This document shows, one piece after another, positions 8,051 through 15,909 of a stretch of DNA of 64,000 nucleotides. Within the stretch, counting starts at the first letter, position 1, and the number at the start of each line of letters is the position of its first letter. The notes beneath the pieces are model-generated. The model saw nothing but the letters and a program-made list of their open reading frames with translations. It did no database searches and was not told where the DNA came from. The position numbers and the translations under genes are program-made. This DNA is from Ignavibacteriota bacterium (GTDB lineage: Bacteria > Bacteroidota > Ignavibacteria > UBA10030 > UBA6906): the NCBI GenBank assembly GCA_003157485.1, contig PMJQ01000203.1, positions 35,415-99,414 on the forward strand, in the 5' to 3' direction.

Positions 8051-8394
8051 AAGGACGCCGGAGAGGATTCTGTCGCGAACCGATGTCTTCTCTGAATTCG
8101 TTCGGTTGAAGCAGCCGAAATGTCTGAGAAATCATCCCTTCGTTTCTGCACCCCCCGCGTGACGTCTGACACACACACTCTCCTAAAATTTCACCACTCT
8201 GCAACAACCTCATACGACCTTCAAATGCTGAAATACTTCATTTCCGCAAACGCGATTCTGTTCTTTGCTGGTAGGTCTTCGGTTATAGAAACAATTCGCG
8301 AGCGCTTCAAGCGAATGCTCGGTTGGTCCACGTTTACCGTGCACAGGGACGTCTAAGGGCGCATGATTCGGACTGGAACCCGGGGGAATCTCAC

Positions 8395-8571
8395 ATGAAT
8401 ACTGTGACGATAGTCTGTCCGCATTGTTACAATGAAGGCGACCACCCGTTTTACCTGAGGCCGACCCCTTTCAAGCTCAGCGGGTCAAATCGGGTTCTCT
8501 GCGAAAACTGTTTCAAGAAGTTCAGGGTTTACTTCCAGGAGGGGAGAATCAGCAACGTGGCGAGAGTGTAA
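8395..8571 (+). CDS. small zinc-ribbon protein (58 aa)
   Basis: MNTVTIVCPHCYNEG...VLCENCFKKF has two CxxC pairs. GGGGGA lies 8 nt upstream of the ATG. The gene sits in lower-GC sequence. Confidence 0.5.
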   Translation: MNTVTIVCPHCYNEGDHPFYLRPTPFKLSGSNRVLCENCFKKFRVYFQEGRISNVARV

Positions 8572-8612
8572 GTCTTCACTGCCTGATCAGGAAAAACTCT
8601 TTCGATTGTTTC

Positions 8613-8750
8613 TTGCTATTGGGTCATTTGTTCGTTAGCTTGAACACAGCCCCCCGTCTGACACTGTCCTTCCGCTTTCTGTCCTACGTAGAGCTTTGCA
8701 TTTCTCCTGTTGCCCCATCCTCGGGAAATTGCATCACGCGCCTGAATGAG
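8613..8750 (+). promoter_or_regulatory. B element copy 2: conserved promoter plus 5' leader upstream of 8786-9127
   Basis: TTGCTA(8613-8618)-N17-TAGCTT(8636-8641), identical 28-nt core at 8666-8693, conserved hairpin 8697-8733 (UGCA-UUUCUC / GGGAAA-U-UGCA) with the loop GUUGCCCCAUCC conserved in copy 1. Confidence 0.6.
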
Positions 8751-8785
8751 GACAAATCGCTTTCCAGGAAGTGGAGAATGTGCGC

Positions 8786-9127
8786 ATGGAAAACCCTCCC
8801 AATATCCAGCCAGCAACAGACTTGCTCGACGGCCTAAAACGCTCGATTCATACGACGTATTGGTCATACTGTGCCGAATTGGAACGGCTCAAATTGTTCA
8901 AAATAGGGCACGACGAAGACACCAAATCATGGTCTGATCGCGCCCAGAGCAACCCGACCGACCAGAATCTGCAGCGATTGGCAGAATACGGTTCGCAGGG
9001 AACTGGCTTCTTGGACCTGCTTCTGACCGAACTCGAAGGCTATTCACTTAAGTACCGGAGTTTCGCACGGTTCGTGGACGATGTCGAGTTGCAGCTGGGG
9101 ATACTGGGAACCGGAACTTCAGTTTGA
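8786..9127 (+). CDS. hypothetical protein (113 aa), no recognisable domain
   Basis: ATG 8786 with GGAG 9 nt upstream (alternative GTG at 8771). Lower GC than its neighbours. Followed 27 nt later by A copy 4. Confidence 0.55.
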   Translation: MENPPNIQPATDLLDGLKRSIHTTYWSYCAELERLKLFKIGHDEDTKSWSDRAQSNPTDQNLQRLAEYGSQGTGFLDLLLTELEGYSLKYRSFARFVDDVELQLGILGTGTSV

Positions 9128-9153
9128 TGCAGATGTCGAAGAACGTGAGATGT

Positions 9154-9200
9154 GCGTCCTCAACCAGTTCCGGCCCCTCCTGGGACCATCGACGCGGGTG
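9154..9200 (-). repeat. A element copy 4 (inverted relative to copies 1-3)
   Basis: The reverse complement reads CACCCGCGTCGATGGTCCCAGGAGGGGCCGGAACTGGTTGAGGACGC. Confidence 0.7.
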
Positions 9201-9306
9201 CCCGGGGGCTGTTGTGTGTAAGGCTCTACCCACCCCCGTGTAACGGGTTACCCGACTTTCCTCCCTCACCCCTTTCATTTCTATAATTTCCGCAATTATC
9301 CCCAAA

Positions 9307-9320
9307 GGCACGGCGCTTGC
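9307..9320 (+). promoter_or_regulatory. sigma54 (-24/-12) promoter of the ABC operon
   Basis: aGGCACGgcgcTTGCA with GG(9307-9308)-N10-GC(9319-9320). About 57 nt upstream of the ATG at 9377, with an AGGAG RBS in between. Confidence 0.7.
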
Positions 9321-9376
9321 ACGCCCATGCCCATTGACCCGCGGCAACACACAAACACCCAGGAGCACCCAACGCC

Positions 9377-10087
9377 ATGATACAAGCCATCGATCTCACG
9401 AAGCGCTACGAGGACGGGCTCCTCGCTCTCGACCACCTCAACATTTCGATCCTGCCCGGCCAGATATACTGCCTCCTGGGGGCGAACGGGGCCGGCAAAA
9501 CGACGACAATCAATCTGTTTTTCAATTTCATAGAGCCGACGAGCGGGACGGCCCTGCTGAACGGAAAAGACTGCACGAAGGAGCCCCTTCTCGCGAAGCA
9601 GTTCGCGGCGTATGTGTCGGAGAATGTCATGCTGTACGGCAACTTCACTGCGCGCCAGAACCTGGACTTCTTCACGAAGCTTTCGGGAAGGAAGAACCTG
9701 AGCAAGGATGAGTATTACATGGTGATGCGCCAGGTCGGCCTTCCGGAACGTGCTTTCGAACAGAGAGTGAAGACGTTTTCCAAGGGGATGAGACAAAAAC
9801 TCGGGATCGCCATCGCAATCCTCAAGCAGGCCCCGGCGCTCCTTCTTGACGAACCGACATCCGGGCTCGATCCGAAGGCCGGAGCGGAGTTCGTGGAGCT
9901 GCTTCTCAAGCTGCGCGGCGAGGGGAAAGCCATACTCATGTCCACCCACGACGTGTTTCGTGCGAAGGAAATCGCGGACGTCGTCGGGATCATGAAGGAG
10001 GGAGTCCTGATCATGGAGAAGACGAAGGATGATCTGAAGTACGAGGACCTGGAGAAGCTCTATCTGAAGTACATGGAAGTAAGCTGA
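9377..10087 (+). CDS. ABC transporter ATP-binding protein (ABC-2 type)
   Basis: Walker A GANGAGKTT, signature FSKGMRQKL, Walker B LLLDEPTSGLD, H-loop STHD. Confidence 0.9.
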   Translation: MIQAIDLTKRYEDGLLALDHLNISILPGQIYCLLGANGAGKTTTINLFFNFIEPTSGTALLNGKDCTKEPLLAKQFAAYVSENVMLYGNFTARQNLDFFTKLSGRKNLSKDEYYMVMRQVGLPERAFEQRVKTFSKGMRQKLGIAIAILKQAPALLLDEPTSGLDPKAGAEFVELLLKLRGEGKAILMSTHDVFRAKEIADVVGIMKEGVLIMEKTKDDLKYEDLEKLYLKYMEVS

Positions 10088-10156
10088 CGACCCCGGGGCC
10101 CAGTCCGTTCTTATTACGGGGTCCCGGAACCCCGCATACAGAATGACGGTGCAGCA

Positions 10157-11719
10157 ATGATCGGTCATATCGTTCGGAAGGAACTGCTTGTTAACCTCCA
10201 GAGTATGAGGTTCCTCGTCGGGCTTGTTGTCAGCGCACTCATGATGGGGATCGTGGGCTATGTCCTCGTCGAGGATTATGCGACAAGGATGCAGAAGTAC
10301 ATTGCAGATGTGGCGGAACACCGTGCAGCGCTTGCGGAGACGAAAGTGTATTCGATGGTTGCAGTCGATGTTGACATCCCTCCTTCGCCGCTCTCGGTCT
10401 TCAGCAGGGGCTCGCAGAACCTGCCGACTACCCTGCATGTCTCCCCTTTCCATGTCCCATCGCTCATCGATGAAGGAGGGGCGAGCGCTTCCATAGGACT
10501 CAACGGGACGAGCAGTCATGCGGACAATCCGCTCCTGAGGATGTTCAGCTCCATTGATCTTGGATTCGTCATCAGCACAATCCTGAGCCTGTTCGCCGTG
10601 CTGCTGGTGTTCGATAGTTTCAGCGGGGAACGGGAGCAGGGGACGTTGAAGCTGCTCCTGACTTCATCCGCGGGCAGGGTTCACCTCCTGGCCGGAAAGT
10701 ATGTTGGCGCACTCGTGACGCTGGCGATACCGCTGACTGTCGGGTTCCTCGAGGTGATGATCCTCTGGGCCCTTCACCCCTCCCTCTCGTTTGACGCGCA
10801 AGTGTGGGCGGGTGTGGGACTCGTGTATTGTGCTTCCCTTCTTTTTCTCTCCAGCTTTCTTGCGATGGCTCTTTTCCTCTCCCTGTATGCGACGGAGTCC
10901 TCATCCTGTCTTATGTACCTGCTCCTGGCCTGGGTGACAGTATCCGTTGTCATCCCGGCAGGAGGCGGATACGTAGCGGAGTATTTCCGTCCGAAGGGGC
11001 TCCGTGAGATCATGTTGAGCGAAGCGAAACAGGCGAGTGCCCACCTCAGCAACGAGCTGGAGCGTCTGAATTACCGGCAAAAAGGCGGCTGGAACAACGC
11101 ATGGACGGACTGGTTCGGAGCGGAATCCATTTTGGGTTTGACTCAGCAAGAAGCCAATAACAGGCTCGCATACAACCAGAAGGTTGTCCCGATGAAGTTG
11201 CAGTACGCTGAAGACCGGTATCGCGTCGTCGAATCGTATGCGCAGGGACTCCTGAGCTGGAGCCGGACCAGGGAGGACCTGATCCGGCCATCCCTCTGCG
11301 TCGACTACGGCAATGTGGTGCAGGCCCTGGCGGGAACGGACCTCAATACCTTTGACGATCTTGTTCAAAAGTCAAGACTCTACCGTGACGCGATGATGGC
11401 GTACCTCCGACCGAAGTCAGAAACGAGCCTGTGGTTCACCCGGATATTTGAATACCCTGACATGGAGCCCACGGAGAAGAATCAACAGTACTGGCAGAGT
11501 CTTATCGAGAAAGAGGGTCAACGGGCCGTCGAGAAGATCATGAGCTGGGACAGGGTGTCGTCTCTCGACCTGACGTCCATGCCCCCACCTTCGGTGAATA
11601 TGCGCGGCGTGACCGAGCGGGCGCTCCATGCGCTCCCGGATGGGATCCTGCTCTTCGCGGCCAGCGTTGTCTTCATCGGGCTCTCGATGATCCGGGTGCG
11701 TCACTATCCCTTGAACTAG
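10157..11719 (+). CDS. ABC-2 family permease paralog 1 (520 aa, large extra domains)
   Basis: N-terminus MIGHIVRKELLVNLQSMRF, FSGEREQGTLKLLL, multiple TMs, VVIPAGG, long helical insert, terminal TM. Confidence 0.8.
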   Translation: MIGHIVRKELLVNLQSMRFLVGLVVSALMMGIVGYVLVEDYATRMQKYIADVAEHRAALAETKVYSMVAVDVDIPPSPLSVFSRGSQNLPTTLHVSPFHVPSLIDEGGASASIGLNGTSSHADNPLLRMFSSIDLGFVISTILSLFAVLLVFDSFSGEREQGTLKLLLTSSAGRVHLLAGKYVGALVTLAIPLTVGFLEVMILWALHPSLSFDAQVWAGVGLVYCASLLFLSSFLAMALFLSLYATESSSCLMYLLLAWVTVSVVIPAGGGYVAEYFRPKGLREIMLSEAKQASAHLSNELERLNYRQKGGWNNAWTDWFGAESILGLTQQEANNRLAYNQKVVPMKLQYAEDRYRVVESYAQGLLSWSRTREDLIRPSLCVDYGNVVQALAGTDLNTFDDLVQKSRLYRDAMMAYLRPKSETSLWFTRIFEYPDMEPTEKNQQYWQSLIEKEGQRAVEKIMSWDRVSSLDLTSMPPPSVNMRGVTERALHALPDGILLFAASVVFIGLSMIRVRHYPLN

Positions 11720-11769
11720 AACTGCGGCACAACGATACTGAGCCGGACAATCCCCAAACGGAGCGAGTC

Positions 11770-13140
11770 ATGTTGTGGACAGTCGTCAAAAGAGAACTTC
11801 TCGATCACCTTTTCAGTTTGCGCTTTTCCGCGATCTTTGTGCTGACGCTTATTCTGATGCTGACGTCAGTTCTTGTCTTCTCAGCACGCTACGCCCGGCA
11901 ACAAAGGGAATATCCGAAACGGGTGGAGGCCTTCGTAGATGAACAGGGGACTGTCAACCTGTACTCGATCGCATGCAATAGTGGCGCCACGGTTCGCGAA
12001 GTTCCTTCCCCGCTCGGGTTCCTGTTTGCAGCGGGGGAACGTGAGCTTCCTGACCAATCCGTGATGGCGCTCCACGGGTTGAACACGCTGTGGAGAAGCA
12101 CTGAACCGGGGGACATCATGGATTCCTCCTCCGGGACTGACTGGACGTACGTGGTCACCGTTCTCCTGAGTTTTGGGGCCGGTCTACTGACATACAAGAG
12201 TATATCAGGCGAACGCCGCGACGGCACGCTCACGCTCGTGCTTGCCAACCCTGTGTCCAGAGCCACTATTCTTCTGGGAAAATACCTGGCCGCCCTTCTT
12301 GCGCTTGGCACCGTGTTCATCGCCTCCGTGCTTGCAGGCGTGATTCTGCTGGAGGTGCTGGGGACCGCGCAGCTCGGCGGGGACGATTGGATAAAACTGG
12401 GGTTGTTCGTCCTGTTGAGCATGATTTTCCTCTCCGCGTTCGTATTCGCGGGCCTTCTCTGTTCAGTCTTTACACGGGGTCCCGTGCTTTCCGCGGTTGC
12501 GTTCCTCTTTGCATGGATGACGCTTGTCTTCGTTATCCCTAACCTGGGAGGCATTCTTGCCGGACTCAATGGAAAAGCGCAGACACCGCTTCAGGTACGC
12601 ATGGCCGCGAAGGAAATTCCCGACAGGTACACGCTGACCCCCGCTATGAGCGGCGAGAAGGTCGCATCCACTATGCTGGAGAGGGAGTCGGCGAGGGAAC
12701 AATTGCTCCTGTCGTATTTCCGGTCGCTTGTGGCCCAGGTTGACCTCGGTCGCAACCTCACGAGGGTATCTCCCGCTTCGGCATTCTCCTTTGCCGCGGA
12801 GCGGATTGTGGGAGGAGGAACGTTCCGGCTTACACGTTTTGTGGACAATGCGGTTCGATACAGACAGGGGATGTTCCAGGCTGTCATCGAAGCGGACAAA
12901 CGCGACCCGAAAAGCCAGCACAGGTACGTCCCGTATTGGTGCGGCGGCGACCACTTCTCGGCGTTGACAGTCGACCTGGGACCGGCAAAGGAGTTTCATG
13001 ATACGCTCCCGTCGGCGAAGGAAGGGTTTGCCGCTGCATTCTGGGATCTCTTCCTGCTGCTCATGTACACGATCATCGCGTTCGCAGTCGCCTTCTGGCG
13101 GTTCGCCCGGCAGGACGTAGCGCCTGCGCCGGGGACCTGA
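11770..13140 (+). CDS. ABC-2 family permease paralog 2
   Basis: MLWTVVKRELLDHLFSLRF, SGERRDGTLTLVL, VFVIPNLGG, SPASAFSF, terminal TM. Confidence 0.8.
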   Translation: MLWTVVKRELLDHLFSLRFSAIFVLTLILMLTSVLVFSARYARQQREYPKRVEAFVDEQGTVNLYSIACNSGATVREVPSPLGFLFAAGERELPDQSVMALHGLNTLWRSTEPGDIMDSSSGTDWTYVVTVLLSFGAGLLTYKSISGERRDGTLTLVLANPVSRATILLGKYLAALLALGTVFIASVLAGVILLEVLGTAQLGGDDWIKLGLFVLLSMIFLSAFVFAGLLCSVFTRGPVLSAVAFLFAWMTLVFVIPNLGGILAGLNGKAQTPLQVRMAAKEIPDRYTLTPAMSGEKVASTMLERESAREQLLLSYFRSLVAQVDLGRNLTRVSPASAFSFAAERIVGGGTFRLTRFVDNAVRYRQGMFQAVIEADKRDPKSQHRYVPYWCGGDHFSALTVDLGPAKEFHDTLPSAKEGFAAAFWDLFLLLMYTIIAFAVAFWRFARQDVAPAPGT

Positions 13141-13175
13141 GCGTGCCCATCGATCCTCATCAGGAGTTCACGTCG

Positions 13176-14426
13176 ATGAGAGACATCGCAAGGAAAGAAT
13201 TACTCGAGAATCTGACAACGTACAGGTTCTCTATACTCACGGGGCTGATCTTCTCGATGATGCTCATAAGCATCATCGTCTCGTACGGGGATTACCATCT
13301 CCGCGTGGAGAATTACAACATACTCCGCCCGGGGCCGAAAGAAAGGGAGAAAGTCATACTCCCGCCGGAACCGCTCTCCATATTTGCCAGGGGGCTTGAT
13401 GCCAACGCGGGACGGCTCTACCAGCTCTCGTTCCGCGGGATCGATGTGCAGCCCAGTCAGCAGTCGATCAACCGGGTCTCGTCGCTCTTCAGCCTGCCGG
13501 ACATGCTCTTTGTCACGCGGGTCATACTCGCGCTCGCCGCACTCCTCTTTTCATTTGATGCGATTTGCGGCGAAAAGGAGCAGGGGACGTTGAAGCTCAT
13601 GCTTGCCGGCAGAACAAGGAGGGCGTCCGTCGTCCTCGGCAAGCTGGCCGGGAGATATCTGCTTGTGATCGTCCCTTTTGCGGTTCTCTTCATCCTCTCT
13701 GCGATCGTTGTGTCGCTCCTTCCGGATGTGCATGCCGGAACGGAATACTGGATCAGGCTCGCAATGATCCTCGCCGGGTCCGCTCTCTACGTTGCCTCGT
13801 TTATAGCGCTCGGGACGTTGATTTCTTCGGTCGTTCACAGAAGCGCGACCTCGATGATGGTCGCGCTCGCCTCCTGGGTCCTCCTTGTGTTTGTCGTCCC
13901 GAACATGGGGGCAACGGTGGCGCAGGCGATCGGGGACGTCCCTCCCGCCGACCGGGTCGAGATGAAGACGCGCCTGGCCGTCATTCAATCGATATTCGAA
14001 ACGCAGCAGTCGATGAAGAACGCGAAGCAGAGGGACTACAGCCGGATCATGAAGCAGATCCGGGAGGCCAACACCGGGATGTTCCAGACGTACAGGCCGG
14101 AGCTGAACCGGCTCATTTCGCTCACGAGGTCGATCGCCCGCTGCTCTCCCGCCGGAGCGCTTGAATTTCTCTCAACGGAGCTCTCCAACACCGGGCTCAG
14201 CAGGGATCTCGGGATCAAGGATGCGATCTGGATGTTCGTGGAAAGGAATACCAACAGGTTCGCCGGGCTTGAAAAAGGGGAGGTGGAGCAGTTCGAATAC
14301 CGCGCGGCCACTCCGGGAGAGCAGATCGCCGGCGTCGCGCTCCCGGATGCTCTTCTGTTGCTTATCATGCCGGCGGTGCTCGTTGCGCTGGCCGTGGGAT
14401 CATTCCTGCGCTACGATCCCCGGTAA
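13176..14426 (+). CDS. ABC-2 family permease paralog 3
   Basis: The ORF opens at GTG 13143. The ATG at 13176 gives MRDIARKELLENLTTYRF, colinear with its paralogs. Also CGEKEQGTLKLML, VFVVPNMGA, ending FLRYDPR. Confidence 0.8.
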   Translation: MRDIARKELLENLTTYRFSILTGLIFSMMLISIIVSYGDYHLRVENYNILRPGPKEREKVILPPEPLSIFARGLDANAGRLYQLSFRGIDVQPSQQSINRVSSLFSLPDMLFVTRVILALAALLFSFDAICGEKEQGTLKLMLAGRTRRASVVLGKLAGRYLLVIVPFAVLFILSAIVVSLLPDVHAGTEYWIRLAMILAGSALYVASFIALGTLISSVVHRSATSMMVALASWVLLVFVVPNMGATVAQAIGDVPPADRVEMKTRLAVIQSIFETQQSMKNAKQRDYSRIMKQIREANTGMFQTYRPELNRLISLTRSIARCSPAGALEFLSTELSNTGLSRDLGIKDAIWMFVERNTNRFAGLEKGEVEQFEYRAATPGEQIAGVALPDALLLLIMPAVLVALAVGSFLRYDPR

Positions 14427-14475
14427 CGGACGCTGCCCCCGGTAGGCCGGCAACCGGAATGAAGGAGGAAACCAC

Positions 14476-15897
14476 ATGCTTTCGCATCTGATACGCAAAG
14501 AGCTCCGCGAGAATTTCCTGAACATCCGGTTCATTGCGGCCTGCGGCGTCTCCCTCGTGCTCATGATCTCCTCGATCGCCGTCCTCACGCGGAGCCATGA
14601 AGAGCAGGTGCGGGATTACCAGGACAGGGTGCGCCAGCAGGACGAGTTCATCGATAGGTACGGGCACCTCAACCGGCTGGGGTGGATGTCCGCGCTGACA
14701 CGGGGCCCGTCTCAGCTCCAGGCCCTCGTTCTGGGTGTCGACAGGGAGGCCCATCAGGACAATTTCGTAAGCAACCCCGTCCCCGTGCTTCTCTCCCGGT
14801 TGGACTTTGCCGCAATTGTTACGATCATCATGAGCCTTGTCGCCATTCTCTTTTCGTACAATGCGGTAAGCGGCGAACGCGAGGCGGGGCTCCTGAGGCA
14901 GATACTCGCATCGGGGATTTCCCGGAATGCGCTCCTGGCCGGCAAATTCGCGGGGGGTCTCGTCAGCCTTCTCATCCCTTTCACGGTGAGCGTCCTTGCC
15001 GGCATGCTGTTCCTTGCGCTCAATTCCTCGCTCCAGCTCCAGACGGCGGATTTCTCCGTGTTCGCGCTCCTTCTCGCCGCCTCCTGGCTCTACGTCTCCG
15101 TGTTCCACTCCATCGGGATATTCTTCTCCACCCGTTCACAGACCTCCGGTGAGGCGATACTGAAGTCCCTGTTCGCCTGGGTGATTCTCGTCCTCGTGAT
15201 TCCGAACGCCGCCCCCTTCCTGGCGGCCCAGTTCTACCCGATTCCCTCTGCGACAAGGCTGGCTCAGGACAGATACATGATCACGGACAGGGAACGTGAC
15301 GCCATCGTTATGCAGCGCAGGAACGCCATGCTGGAAGGGAGCTTTGCCGACCTCAAGGGGATCGTCGATCTTTCCCCGAACGAGATCCAGGAACGGCTGA
15401 AATCGGACCCCCGGATCGGTGAACGATACAGGCAGTACGCGAAAGAGTATGACCAGATCATTAACATCACGAACAAAGAGCAGGGGGAGAAGTACGGGAA
15501 GATCGAAGAGGTCTTCCTGCAGCGCTCGCGCGTTCAGGAGAAGCTCGCGGCCATCCTGACGTCCGCCTCCCCGCTCTCGAACTTCGTGTTTGTCGCGACT
15601 GACCTGACAGAGACGGGGCTCGCGGCGGATGATCACTGGGAGCGGGTGTCGGGCGAATACAGTAATGCGCTCTCCGGCTATGCGGACGTGCAATACCGGA
15701 AGGCGGTGGAGAAGGACCCGACGTTCGATTACAACGACTACCTGGACCTCCGGGCGCGTCCCCGGTTCCAGTACCGGCCCGCGGGGCTGATGGAAAGGGC
15801 GGCCCCCGACCTGCTTCAGTGGGGCGTGCTGATCATGTTCAATCTTATATTCTTCGCGGCGGCATTCGTGAGTTTTCAACGCTATGACGTCCGTTAA
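14476..15897 (+). CDS. ABC-2 family permease paralog 4
   Basis: GGAGGAAACCAC-ATG, MLSHLIRKELRENFLNIRF, SGEREAGLLRQIL, VLVIPNAAP, ending FQRYDVR. Confidence 0.8.
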   Translation: MLSHLIRKELRENFLNIRFIAACGVSLVLMISSIAVLTRSHEEQVRDYQDRVRQQDEFIDRYGHLNRLGWMSALTRGPSQLQALVLGVDREAHQDNFVSNPVPVLLSRLDFAAIVTIIMSLVAILFSYNAVSGEREAGLLRQILASGISRNALLAGKFAGGLVSLLIPFTVSVLAGMLFLALNSSLQLQTADFSVFALLLAASWLYVSVFHSIGIFFSTRSQTSGEAILKSLFAWVILVLVIPNAAPFLAAQFYPIPSATRLAQDRYMITDRERDAIVMQRRNAMLEGSFADLKGIVDLSPNEIQERLKSDPRIGERYRQYAKEYDQIINITNKEQGEKYGKIEEVFLQRSRVQEKLAAILTSASPLSNFVFVATDLTETGLAADDHWERVSGEYSNALSGYADVQYRKAVEKDPTFDYNDYLDLRARPRFQYRPAGLMERAAPDLLQWGVLIMFNLIFFAAAFVSFQRYDVR

Positions 15898-15909
15898 CGG
15901 GGAGGTGTG

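Noticed and set aside
309-9200. A repeats as a CRISPR array
   Set aside because: The copies are imperfect (75-80% identical), separated by 0.7-6.8 kb of genes, in mixed orientation, and there are no cas genes.
9154-9210. A elements interpreted as integron attC sites, with the B-ORF-A units as gene cassettes
   Set aside because: Copy 4 has CCTCAAC and GTTGTGT ends reminiscent of R''/R' boxes. The other copies lack the GTTRRRY box. The copies are not in one orientation or in an array. The cassettes carry their own promoter. No integron integrase is in the window.
9296-10519. Long antisense ORFs opposite real genes. Examples: 9296-10519 (407 aa), 14365-15108, 15136-16077, 28574-29554, 34557-35696, 35549-36451, 42694-44208 (504 aa), 56893-58089 (398 aa), 32743-33603.
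   Set aside because: These are typical shadow ORFs of GC-rich DNA. Their products are Arg/Pro/Gly/His-rich low-complexity sequence with no motifs. The opposite strand encodes proteins with clear catalytic motifs.
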